From Bilabrum cf. latius (taxonomy: Eukaryota): a stretch of DNA of 64,000 bases. Shown in pieces: positions 37,101 through 48,816 of this stretch (positions are counted from its first letter, which is position 1; the number at the start of each line of letters is the position of its first letter). Position numbers and translations under genes: made by a program. Below the pieces are notes generated by a model. That model saw nothing but the letters and a program-made list of their open reading frames with translations, did no database searches and had not been told where the DNA came from. The stretch covers positions 434,001 through 498,000 of the forward strand of contig OZ237757.1 in the NCBI GenBank assembly GCA_965178125.1, written 5' to 3'.

Positions 37101-38196
37101 GCTGCTGCCCGCGTCAGGCACAGCCAGGGAACAAAGCGTGGGTCAGGCCAGGGAGGCGGCCCGCAGGAGCAAAGAGCTCGTGCAGTCAGACATCGCGGAC
37201 AAGCGGCGCCAGGCAGTAATGCAGTCCCAGCGGAGGGCAAGCGTGCAGGGCATGTCGGCTGCTGCAGCGCAGAGTTTCCTTGGGATCCGCAGCAGGGTTC
37301 AGCTGCAGGCAGTCACGCAGAGCCAGGTGGACCAGCCCCGGGAAGGCATGCTGAGCATACGAGTCGGCCGGTTCGGCGGGGAGGGCGCGTCTGCCGCGAG
37401 GAAGATAGCGGCGGTGGCATCCGCAGAGGCAGACGGCATCGTGGTCACGGAAGACGACAGAGACCCAATGAAGAGGAAGAGGAATACCGTAGGGAACAGG
37501 AGGGCGAGCAGGGGCAGCGATGGCCGGCCCACCTCAACGGCACAAGCCGCTCGCAAGGCCGCCCAGGGTCAGATCCAGCTAGTGCACAGGCCGTCCTCGC
37601 AGACCTCATTGCCGGGTCGCGGGGCAAGGGGGCACTCGGTGCGCAGCAGGGACCGGCCGGGCGTGCCCGGCGACGCGGGAGCCAGGATGGGATCGGACCG
37701 GCGGAAAGCTCTACCCAAGCCGCAGGACGAGGAGCCCGTAAATTACGGTCCGCTGCACGGCCCCGGCTCCCTGCAGGTCGGCCGGAAGGAGGGCCTTCTG
37801 GACATGTCCCAGTTCGAGCGGCTCGCCCCGGTGTTCGGAGGGGGCGTCACCGGCCGTGCTGCGAGAGCGGACGCCGTATTTGGGGGCGCGGACGAGGACA
37901 GTCTTCGAGCCGCGCGCGGGCTCGGCTCCCTTTCGGCAGTGGAAAAGGCCAAGCAAGCGGCGGCAGAGGCCAAGAAGATTGGCAAGAATGCCGGGCTACG
38001 GACGGCTCTCGCGGCGCTCACTACAGGCAGGATGGCGGCGAGGAGCAACGCCTCCAAACCGACGGATCCGTACGCGGTTGCTGCCAAGCGGAGGCCGCAG
38101 ACGGGCAAGTATTCAAGGTTCGCCGCAATGGAGGAGACGTGGGCCAAGGCGACGTACGACCCCAAGCAGCCTGTAGAGGCCTACGACGTGACGTGA
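34180..38196 (+). CDS. Ankyrin-repeat protein with a long charged/low-complexity C-terminus
   Basis: GEYPLHMA, GMTALHLACRFGH..LLKAGANP, GTTPLDLA; fragments 34162, 34564, 36322 and 36853 in one frame with 3 TAGs; ends TGA. Confidence 0.85.
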
Positions 38197-38429
38197 ATGC
38201 TCGACACTTGGTAGTCTTGTCTATACTTTATCCGGAATTCGGATCCGATTCGGATACTCGGGGTCTAGGGATTAGGCCTAAGTGGTTGAAATTGCCTGGA
38301 TTGCAGCCAAAACTGTGAGCCAGGTCTGTGTTTGCACGCTTCCGGTTGGGATATCCGGCCGGCGCAAAAGATTGAAGTTGTATTATGTAATTAAGCTGAC
38401 ACAATCCAGGACGAGGATTAATTGCGTGA

Positions 38430-38700
38430 CGAGGTATAATGCAGAAACAAGCACCTCAGTGCATCCAAAGATCCAGGGATCAAACCCCGCATGTCCTGCG
38501 GAGGAAGGCGTGTGCGGAACCTGGGAGCACCGCCAGGGTGGCTATGCCCCGTGGGACAAGAGTTCCAAATACCCAGACGTTCGCACACAAGTCCCGCACC
38601 GCCATCCCATCCCTTGCTCTGTAGAACCCACGAGCCTGCTGCAAGAGTCGCGCAGGTCGCGCAGCTCTGGCAGAGCATAGTGGTGACGACTCTTGTATCA
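38430..38700. ncRNA. Candidate structured non-coding element of unknown class
   Basis: Intergenic; stems 38510-38525/38572-38588 (15 Watson-Crick pairs, two small bulges), 38640-38650/38687-38697 (11 bp, one GU) and CCGCA-tgtcc-TGCGG. No family motif recognised. Confidence 0.3.
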
Positions 38701-38825
38701 CTTCACCTTCCGGTTGTCTGACAATGCCTCGTTGCATTACAAATCGCCTCCTTCTATATCAACACACAAGCAAGGCGTCAACAGCGAAACGGCCACAGCT
38801 CTGAAGCGTGCGAAACAGCAAGCGA

Positions 38826-40727
38826 TCAGCACTTGCTGGAATCGAACGCCGCGAAGTTCGTAATCAGCGGCACGCCCACGCTCTGCGTCACGTTGAGGCG
38901 GAAGGCGCTGATTCCCGCGCTCGCCTCCTTGGCAACGAAAATTCGCTTGTTCCCGATGGCCTGCCCGGTCATGAAGGTCGACCAGGAGCCGCCCTGCAGG
39001 GACTCAACGGTGTACGCCCGGACGCGCTCGCCGTACTCGATCATCTCCTGCATCATGACGCGGTCGATGCTGTGGCCAGAGGGCACCGACATGGTGAGGG
39101 AGCTGGTGTTGCCGCTCGTGGAGGCCACGGGACTCCCGTAGCAGTTCCTGATCCAGTCACCGAAGGCCTTGTAGGACTCCGCCTGCACAGGGTCCACGTT
39201 GCCCGTGCGGTCGATGGCGAAGTCCAGCTCCAGGACGGCGTTGTTCCCCACGGAATCGTGGTACACGGTTTTGAGCTCTGACAGGGGCCTCACTCCGTAC
39301 CCAGGCACGTAGAACCACGCCTTGGGAGACTGAAGGACCGTGTCTGCGCCCGTGGGACAGAAGGTGGTGCTCGTAGGGTCCCCTCTCGACGAGCTGCAGC
39401 CAGTGCTCCACTGCGGGGGGTTGCTGAACCCCGTCTCGGTGCCGATCCACTTGAGCGGGTTGGGAGACACGCCGTACCCGTTGAAGGCTGTGGTGTGCGG
39501 CTGCAGCTTCTTCAGCAGGTCGATGAGGCGCTGCTGCTGGGAGGGTGCGTAGCCGTGGTCGAGCCAGATCTCCGTCAAATCGCCGTAGTTGCCCCAGAGC
39601 TCTGTGAGCTGGGCAAACACGAGGTCGTTGAACTGGTCGTCGGTGATGTTGAGCTGGCCGGGGAGCAGCGGCGTGATGATCTTGCCCCCATCCCTGGCGG
39701 CGTAATAGTTGTTCGTCGTGGAGTAGTAGAATCCGTGCCCCAGACCCGCAGCCTCTGTCGCCTCTGAGAACTCCTTCACCACGTCTCGCTGAATGCTCCC
39801 GTTGTTCGGCCTCGCGACACCGAAGCGGTAGGGCTCGTCGGTGCCGGGGATGGTGGTGGACGTGTTGAACAGGAGGAAGCCGCAGCCGTGCTTCGCAGTG
39901 AGCACTGCGTGCTTGGCGCCGTACGCCTTGTACGACTCGATCCAGTTGCTCACGTTGAGCTTGACGGGGTTGAAGGTCCACGGGTCCGAGGAGTTCACCT
40001 TGCTGGATGGATTGTCCCAGTTGTTCGGGTCGCAGGCCGGGTCACCATCCCTCACGAATGTGGCCATGTTGAAGTGGGTGAGCGCCATTTGCTCGTGCTT
40101 GAGATAGCGAACCTGGTCCGCCGTCGGCCTCGGCACCGGGGTGGTGGGGCACTGGTATCCGCTCTTGACCTGGCCGCACGCGGCAGGGTGCTTCCATGTA
40201 ATTTTGTAAACGCATTCATCCGTCTGCACGGGCCCTGAGGGGCCCTAGGAGGCGGGAGCAGATGCGTCGCACGCCATCTCGTACACGACGGTACGGCCAC
40301 CGTCGCAGTTCGGGTGGTTCTGCCCCCCCGAGAGGGTAAGGACGACGCCCGCCGTCGGATCGCTTGCTTCCAGTGCTTCTGCCGTGGTGTGCGAGCGGAG
40401 ACCCAGATCAAGGCATTCTGATGGGTTTGTCGGGTCCGGGCCAAGTAGCTGGATCGCTGGTGAAGCCTGGTCTGGTTGCGAATTAGGGCAGAGCTTGGCC
40501 ACGTTTTGCACATCCATGTTCGGCGAAGAAAATATGTAGTTATCCGGATAACTGTCCTTTAAGCGAAAGGTACCAGTGGGCATACTGCTGAAATCGAAGA
40601 GAGCGGCTCCTGCCTGTGTTGGTACACAGTATGAATCTGACCCAGTCACTCCCACCCCGAGCTCATTGGCCCGACGAGCAAGCGTGAATGTAGCAATACA
40701 TGCTAGGACAACAGCCTGCGTTCGCAT
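38826..40727 (-). CDS. Secreted alpha-L-fucosidase (GH29) with an N-terminal MRH (mannose-6-phosphate receptor homology)-like domain
   Basis: Signal-like start MRTQAVVLAC (alternative ATG 40766); MRH-like CDGGRTVVYEMACD..ECVYKITWKHPAAC split by TAG 40245; GH29 motifs THFNMATF, AVLTAKHGCGFLLF, GFYYS, EIWLD, YHDSVGNN; ends TGA. Confidence 0.9.
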
Positions 40728-40883
40728 GGCGGCTGGGTGTGATAGCGAATTGTACGACCGAGCCATTATACGTTCTGTGATGAACCACTGTCTGGTTTTC
40801 GTGATTGTTGCGAGTGCTTTGTTTCGGAGTTTTACACTACGCATTCTTGCGGTGGCAGCCCACAGTCGCATTCAACACATGTC

Positions 40884-43109
40884 ATGAACAGGGGAATATA
40901 TGCAAAATATACTGGTAAATCCAGCGGGCAGCATGATACAACTGTTCGAGTCGCAGCATTTCAACTCGAGTCCTTGATCGCTCACGAGGCAGCGAATCCA
41001 GGATCTTTTGTTGAAGTTGCCTTGGTACCTGCCCCGTTGACCGATCGCGTTGGACCAGAAGCACCAGTGTTTATTACTGATCTGGATAAAACAGCGATCG
41101 GGTGCCCGATCACCCTAATTCCAGTGCTACTACTTGGTGCTCGGCGTATCCGGAGCTTGCTCGAGGAATCTATAGACAATTAGACTAATTCAATAATGTG
41201 TGGACTTGAAGTATTAGTGTGTCCTCCATCTCGACATGCATGGATAGGCAGGCGAAAGGCATGCATGCGCCAGGAAGGCACGACTGATGGCTACCTGCTG
41301 CTGCTCGCCAAAGAAATGGCGCTAGCTCGCTTGAGTCTGCTCGTCCGACCAAAAACCGACGAGGCGTGGCTCCATCTTCGCTGGAGTCTACATAAACTGC
41401 GGTAGGTCACTCAGTTGAGCACTGCTTTAACGTGCCAAGCAGCTGTTCGGGCTCTGGTGGATGCCTTGCGAGCAGTCCTGCAGGCTTGTGCAAGAGCATG
41501 CAAACAGTACGGGAGGAACGTCCCGGGCTGGTAGATGCGGAGATATGCAGTCTCTGTGTGGGCTGGATGGGGCGGCACACCAGCCCCTCAGGCACGCAGC
41601 CACCGGGCCGGGGCTATGGGCGGGGCTGCTGCCTCTGCCGCTGCCTGTGGTACCAGCCGTAGCACTGGCACCACAACCGGCGATAGCAGCAGCGTAGGCA
41701 GCTCAATCAAGCCGCTAACCGGTGCAGCATCCATGCTATGCGATGAGTACGAGCTGTGCGACGCCTGGATGGACAAGAAGCCGGACGATCTGAGCTGCCT
41801 ATCCTACAGGCACTGGCTGCTGGGGCAGTGCGGGGAGCACGGGATCGGCTGCTCTGCTCCGACTAAAGGAGCTGGATCCAAGGAGTCAGGCGCGGCACTG
41901 CTCGCTTCATGGAACCTTCGGGGCGGATTGCTGGAGACCGCCTGCCTTGTGACTGGTTCCAAGCTGCACCCCGGCATGCTGGGGCTAGAACGGGAGCCGC
42001 CGGGAGGTGGTGCCGAGCCATCGAGCTCGCATACAGCAGCAGCGTCGTCAACACCCGCACCCGCGGCAGCTTCGTGCCGACATGAAGGTTGCATCTGTCA
42101 CACGAGGGCGTGCCCAGAGCTTGTTCCCCGAGATCACGCCGCTTTGGCTCGCTCTTCCCTACCCGGCCACGAGGCCAGAGCATCTGCAGCCCTGGCAGCG
42201 GCTCGCCGAGCACTTGCTCTAGGACGAGCACTGGACCGAAGCCTACAAGCTGAAACTGGAGATCGATTAGTAGGGCGAGACCGCGCTATGAAAGCCGTCG
42301 CCGAGGGCGGGAAGCGAGCACGGAGCAAGTGCTCGACCGTCCTGGCGGATTCGCTCGCCCTCCTGTTGGCTGCCGGCACCCACGCGATCGATTCATTTCC
42401 GCCAGATAAAGCTGAGCTCGATATGGATGGAAGGATCGACAGCGAATCGTCTGGGGCAGACAAGGAATGTGACAGGCAGAGTAAGCCGGTTGCAACCGTG
42501 ACGACCTACGTGGCTCGCTTGGCCGTGACATGGCGGGCAGTTGCACTGTCCTGCTCGGAGCTGGGGGCCGGCGCAAGCGAAAGGCTGTGGCTTTTTGGTG
42601 CGGGTCATGTGGTGGGTTGTGTGTCTGTGCTCGTCACGCGCGCTGCTCTGCTGTCTCGGGCGGCACGGCTGGTGATGTTCCGCGGGGATCGCGCGGCGCC
42701 GGATGCAGCCGAGTAGCTGCGAAAGCTGCTCTTTCACTCTGCCTTGCTACGCCGCGCGCTGAATGCCGGTACTGATGACAGTGCCTCCGACTGTCGCGGT
42801 TGTTCAAGTTTCACTGGCACTGATGCTTCAGTACAAACCGCCACAGCCGCTCAATAGGAACAGGCAAGTGCCCGGGAACAATCGAAGAGCGAGGTAGGCG
42901 AGGCCGCGGAGACTGACAGTTGCATCGCAGCACCCGAACACATGAGCAAACTTGCATAGGCTGTTGATAATTTTGGGGCGGCGGTGGATCAGCTGCATGC
43001 CTTTGTTAGTCAGACGGCATGTGTTCGACCAGGTAGTCCAGGCGATGGCAGCGGCGCCGACTCTGTGGCCAGCCACAGGCTTGGTCTTGTGCAGAGGCAA
43101 ATAACATGA
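40884..43109 (+). CDS. Protein prenyltransferase alpha-subunit repeat protein (PTAR1-like)
   Basis: PPTA-like repeats RPKTDEAWLHLRW, YGRNVPGW*MRRY, KPDDLSCLSYRHWLL, PGHEA; one frame with 6 TAGs; ends TGA 43107-43109. Confidence 0.7.
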
Positions 43110-43353
43110 ATGGCGCATATCGCTAAACTTGCTGTAAGACAGCCGATGGTACGTTGCATCTCCCAACGCACCGTGTAACTCCACAGCTGCACTGACGAAC
43201 AAAGTGACAAAGTGAACGCGTTATCCAAACACTCGTCATACCGTTGTACGATCGAAATCATCGCGACGGAAAGTTGGCGGAATTTGTGGCAGGCGCGTAC
43301 TATTGACCTCTAGGTTGTCCACGTAGCAGATTAAGCGATCAGGCGAACAAAGT

Positions 43354-45598
43354 ATGGACGTGCATTGGTTGAGAGAAATGTACGCGAACATGGAACTGGT
43401 CGGGAAGGGAGTATTCGGGCAGGTACTGCGGTGCGAGAACAGGCAGACAAAGCAGTCGGTAGCTCTGAAAGTGGTCCGCTTTGACGGTAAACGGTGCGGA
43501 GTGCCACAGTCAATCATTCGCGAAATTTCAATCCTTCGAGACATGGACCATCCGAACATAGTCAAGTGAGTACGGAGCTGTGATGCCTTCGAGCACGCGC
43601 CGTCAATGTGACACTGCTGGCCAGAATTGGAGAACCGACCCTTTGCCGCATACTGTGCTCCTCTCGCTAATATCGACCGCCAACTGCAGGCTCATCAACT
43701 TTCATGTTAGCCCTGACGATGGAATTGCTGCATTGGAGCTGGAGCTGATGGACACGGACGCGCGAAGTCTCGTTCGTCGAGGTGCACTGTCGTCCGCACA
43801 CGTCCGAACGGCTGGCAGGCAGCTGATCCGCGCGGTGGCCCACTGCCACTCATGTGATGTAGTCCATAGAGACATCAAACCTGGCAACTTTTTGCTCAAT
43901 ACATCGGGTAGGGTCAAGCTCGCAGACTTCGGTTTGTCCCGTGTGTTGCCACCATGGTCAGGTTCGACGACTACCCTGTCCAATGACGTTGTCTCTCTGT
44001 GGTACCGGGCGCCGGAGCTGCTGCTCGGCTCCGACAATTACTCGCTTAGTATCGATGTATGGAGTGTAGGCTGCGTGCTTGTTGAGCTGGCAACGGGAAA
44101 GCCACTGTTTGATGGGAAAACGGTGGATGAGCAGATGGCAAAAATCGTCTGTGTGCTAGGTGCGCCTACATAGGAGCGATGCCCAAGCATGAAGCACCTG
44201 GTTTCCGATGATGTTGCAGCACATGGGGCTAAATTGGGCGCCGGTTTGCTCGCGGTGGCGCCATCTCTGGCGACAGAGCCAGAGCTGCTCGCTCTGATCG
44301 AAGCAATGCTGGAGCTGGAACCTTCTCGCCGCATCTCTGCGAAGGAAGCGCTCGACCACCCCTTCTTTCGAGGCAAACAAGCTGAAAAAGGACCAAATTA
44401 GTAGGCACCAGACAGATCCACCAGCACGGCGGAAGCTAGCTCGCAAGCGACAGTCGGACCCGTTCCGAGCAGCAGCAGTTCCACGCCGCTCACAGCTGCA
44501 GCGAGTAAGGCATCAGAGGTTCATCGCCGAATGCCGAGTCGTGGATCCTGCAGTACCACTGGACCCATGGTATCACCTTGGAGGAATCAGCCACGCGCCG
44601 CAGAGCAATAGCCACGAACCGTACCAAAGGCGACTGAACGAGCAAGGGACGGAACAGATACCCGTGAAAACGGGCCTGGCCAGCCCCCGAAGCGGCTACG
44701 AAAGCGCAGCAGTGGATCAAGATCAAGCAAAGGATCACGATCTAGCGGAAGGCACTCTTCCCGTTCCGGTCACCGGGCCGGTCGGCGAAAGCATGCTTCG
44801 AACCGACGCAGCCATGAGGTGAAGGAGCGCAAGCGAAGGGGGACAACTGCCGCATCAGATGAACTCAAGACCAGCAAGAATACTTCCTCTAGTGCAGCGG
44901 ACGCAAGCTCGCGAGCGGCCGCCGTGCCTGTTCCGAGCAGCAGGTCGAAGCTGAGCATTGCGGTAGAGCCCAGGGCGCGGGAGGACGACTCCTTGTCATC
45001 GAGTTTTGGATCGTGCAGCACCACTGGGCCTATGATCACCCCGCGAAGGAATCAGCCACGCATCGCAGAGCGAATCGCAAGAGGGACGTCGGGCCCAATG
45101 CAAGACCGATCGTGCAGCCTTGCTGGGCAGCGGTCCAAGCACCTGAGCGAGCGTAGCGGGGGATCGGGATCAAGCGATGAATCGCGGCCTAGCGGCAGGT
45201 ACTCATCTCGCACCGGACGATTGAGGCATGCGGTGGCCCAGGAGCGACGAAGCCGCGAAGCGTAGCAGCCGAATATGAAGCAAAGTGAAAGGGCCTGGGG
45301 CGCTGCTGGGAGGCCGGTGCCAGCGCCCGGTGCAGGACCGTTGGCTGCGGCTGTCGGGTATTCCAGCGATTCAAGCCTGGAGGCACTGTCGGCCGAGCAC
45401 ATCTCTGCATCTGCCGACGCGGTGTCGCTCGGGGGGTCAGGGTCAGCAGCTGCGGGCTCATCGTCGTCGGCCCATCTGTGCGCAATGGTGGCGCACGAGA
45501 ACGAGAGCACCATGAGATTCGGTCACTGGAGGGAGGAGGGGGTGGCGGATTTGGCACCGGACCTTGAGGATACGTTGCACCATTATGTGAGAGATTGA
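43354..45598 (+). CDS. CDK-like Ser/Thr kinase with a Ser/Arg-rich tail; 2 exons
   Basis: GKGVFGQV, VALK, PQSIIREISIL (PSTAIRE-like), intron 43566-43689, HRDIKPGN, DFGLSR, VVSLWYRAPE; TAG 44171 lies inside the kinase C-lobe; TAG-TAG 44399-44404; ends TGA. Confidence 0.88.
43566..43689 (+). other. Spliceosomal intron (CDK-like kinase)
   Basis: GTGAGT...CTGCAG; restores HPNIVKL. Confidence 0.88.
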
Positions 45599-45707
45599 CT
45601 CGATTATTCCACGTAGGGTCTTCAGGGCGTAAAACCGGAACTATCTGTTCCCAAAGTTGCACAAACCTTCTCCTCGTAAAATACCGAGTAGTCTAGCATC
45701 AATCGCA

Positions 45708-46463
45708 ATGGAAGGAGCACGAAAGTACAATCTTGGTATGCTAGGAGGCGATGACTCCGATTCGGACCAAGAAGAGGGTGGCAAGGCAGGCAGCGTGATT
45801 GCCCAGAGCAAGCTTGGTGAAGTTCTTGATCGTGATGGCGGGATTGGCGTTGTAGAGTCATCAACGTTTGACCTTCGCACTTCGCTAGTTGGCAGATCTG
45901 CCGGGCTTGCAGGCAGCTCGAAGCCAGCGTGGGTGTCTGAGCTGGAGCGCAGCGGCAAGTCTGACATGCTGCCACACCAGGCGCAAGGTAGCAGCGGAGG
46001 GGGGTCATTCGAATCAGAACTAGACGCAATCCTGGATGGAAAAATGAAAGAATCCGAGGAGGACCAGGGCGGTAAGGACAAGTTTAATTTTGCGCGGTTG
46101 GCGGCGTAGGCGAGTGGACAAGAGGATGCAGCTCTCAAGCTGGGCACGCAAGCCTGGGACTTCTCCGGTCTATCGGCCGAAGCATCCAGCTAGAGCAGCA
46201 AGTCGGCCGCTGAAGACCAGGCAAAGCTCGCTGCCCGCCTCGAGGCCACCCAGTCACGTGACAGGGAGACGGCTGAAATCATGAGGGCGAGGGCCGCCAT
46301 GGAGCGGAGAGGTGGGGGCGTGCCAAAGGGGCGGAGCGGAAAGGCACGCGCAAGGCTGGCTCAGCGCGCCATGGAGCGAGTGAATGGAAGAGCAGACGCT
46401 GCCGACCGCAAGGTCAGGCGCAATGCGCTCAAGGCAAAGAGGAAGAAGCAGCTGTTGCGGTGA
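45708..46463 (+). CDS. Hypothetical protein with acidic N-terminus and Lys/Arg-rich C-terminus
   Basis: ORFs 45657 and 46281 share a frame joined through 2 TAGs; ATG 45708; ends TGA. Confidence 0.65.
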
Positions 46464-46590
46464 GGCAAGCTCGAAACACGCAGTGCTACTCACGGCACGA
46501 TTGGAAAACCCAGCGCATGGTTAGGAATGCTGTACCATACTTTCCTGTGCGAGCATGTATCGCATGCTGCGCCTCGCGCGTGATGAGCCG

Positions 46591-46752
46591 GGGGTGGCCT
46601 GCTGGGCTGTGTGCTTGCCCCCCGCACAACACGGGACCACCCCGGGGTGGCCTGCTGGTCTGTGTGCTTGCCCCCCGCACAACACGGGACCACCCCGGGG
46701 TGGCCTGCTGGGCTGTGTGCTTGCCCCCCGCACAACACGGGACCACCCCGGG
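46591..46752. repeat. 53-bp tandem repeat x3 with palindromic junctions
   Basis: Units start at 46591, 46644 and 46697: GGGGTGGCCTGCTGGGCTGTGTGCTTGCCCCCCGCACAACACGGGACCACCCC (one mismatch in unit 2). Confidence 0.95.
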
Positions 46753-47157
46753 CGTACCCAAAATGCTAGCCCCCGCCATTGGGTTGCTGCCGTGTAGCAG
46801 CTGCTGAGACATGCATGAGTGCAGCAGCGCAAGAATATAGCAAACGACGATGCTGTCCAGCCGCCGGGCAATTTGAGTGTGCCGGCGCTGCCCGCGGCCC
46901 AACGGTCACATGGGTTGCATGAACTGCATGAACTCGCATAGGCTTGTACCGTGCATAGAGGGGAAGAGTGGAACGAGAGCGGATGGGGTAGATGGGCAGC
47001 GAGCAATATCGCTTTGCCAGTGAGGCAGAGGAAGACGGCATTCGTATCCTGATCGGATCAGGAATCCAGGATGCTTCCTGCTTTTGATATGCTGCACGAT
47101 TACACGTCGTACAGAAAACCAACACTTGTGCCATGCTGCACAATCACATTCGGCCAG

Positions 47158-48246
47158 TCACTCTGCCATGAGCCCTAGGTACCCCTCGGGGGCTTCTGCC
47201 AGAGACTCACCGGTCACCGCGTTGTAGAAAAACTCGTCCCCGTCCTCGTCCCGCGTCTTGACCCAGTCAATCCCGCTCCCCTCTGGCACGTCGTACGAGG
47301 ACTCACCCGTCTCCTTGTCATGGAAGTAAATGCCGCCCTCGTCATCCCTGAAGATGCCGTACCTCGCTGTGATCGACGTTGCGGTCGCAGGCCCGGCCTC
47401 TGCCCCTGAGGCTGCGGCCCCACCTAGCTCATCCCCATCGGCTGATTCATGGTCTCCACCACCTGCATTTTCCGTCGTGTCGGCAGCTGATCCGCTCTAC
47501 TGGCTTGTTTCAGTGCCATCATCATCGCCATCGCCATCGCCACTAGGGTCGTCTTGGCCTCCGCCGGCTGCTTGATCGGTGGATTCTGCCGATTCGCGAG
47601 AGCCTAACGAGCTGCCAGCAGAGCGGGCACGATTCTTTTTCACTAATAGGGTGGCGCTACTTCCCCCAGCGGCGTCCTCGCTGCCCTCTCCTTTCATGCT
47701 GCGGAATTTGCTTCCAGTGCTGCCAGACGAATCGGCAGATCTAGACTACTCGCCGGACTTCTGCTGTACATTCCCAAGGCTCTTGAGAGGATTGGTTTTC
47801 TTTAATTCATCCTGTGTCTCCTCTTCTGCGACTTCCATATCAAGCAGCTTTGCCTGCCTAGCAACAATCGTACGCGCGCTGGTTTGCTTTATCATACCGC
47901 CGCGAGTCGCCCTGGTATCCAGCGGCCGCCGCGATACCACATCACCGTTATTACTTTGTCCACCAGATCGCGCGCCAGCTGCTGCAGAGCCAGCATTTCT
48001 GTTTGCTCGCATTGGATTCACACCATGAAGTGGGTCCTAGTCCGAAGGGCCCCCACTGCTGTCTTCTGCAGGCTATTTGTCGAGACAATATGACTTGACA
48101 GCGAAATATGCCCCAGCAATAAGTGCAACGACAACAACCATTACGCCAAACCCTATTCCAATCCCCGTTCCAAACTCGGCAATGTCAAACCCTGACCCTT
48201 CGCTGCTTCCTTCGGGAGTAGTTCCATTGCCAGCGGCCGAGGACAT
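47158..48246 (-). CDS. Single-pass membrane protein with two C-terminal WW-like domains
   Basis: ATG 48246 downstream of an in-frame TAA; TM GIGIGFGVMVVVVALIAGAYFAV; 4 TAGs; DDEGGIYFHDKETGESSYDVP and WVKTRDEDGDEFFYNAVTGES; ends TGA. Confidence 0.72.
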
Positions 48247-48816
48247 ACCGCCACGAACAACTTCGAAATTGACGGTTTAACCGAACCCAGTCGAATATAT
48301 CGTCCAGAACGACGTGTTCGCCAGACTAGCGGGGTGCTGTCTGCGGCGCAGACGCGGTGTCTTTGCTGGCCACGTTCGCCACGAACCCCAGCGAACCATG
48401 GATCACCGCCACGCACCAGATGGGTCAAACGGTGAGGATACTAGTGCCCCAACAGTCTGAATTAGAAAGGTCTGGAGCTGTACACCTCGCGGCAGCGGCC
48501 CTACCGAAGCCAACGGCCTTGTAAACCTGCTTGCGCGGCGTGGTTCCCAATGGCAGGCCTTCGCCCCCTGTGGTGCTAGCTTGCCCGGGCGGAATGCGGC
48601 ATGCAGTGGCCCTGCACAGCAGCCGTATCAGGCGATGCTTCTGCATTGTGTGTACAAGCTGCATGCGCTATTCTGACTGTCCCACCGGTATGCAGCGCGG
48701 CCACCCACCCGCCTTGCCACCCTGCCCCACCCACCCGCAGTTTCGCCGCGCGTCGCTCGTCAGCGCCGGAAAGGCGAGGAAACGCGCAAGGTTCGACAGC
48801 CACAGTGCTGGTACTG

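Noticed and set aside
38262-38283. Telomere-like TCTAGGGATTAGG
   Set aside because: Only two imperfect units; neither an array nor a clear telomerase template.
46591-46752. CRISPR array
   Set aside because: Contiguous near-identical units without spacers, no cas genes, eukaryotic context.
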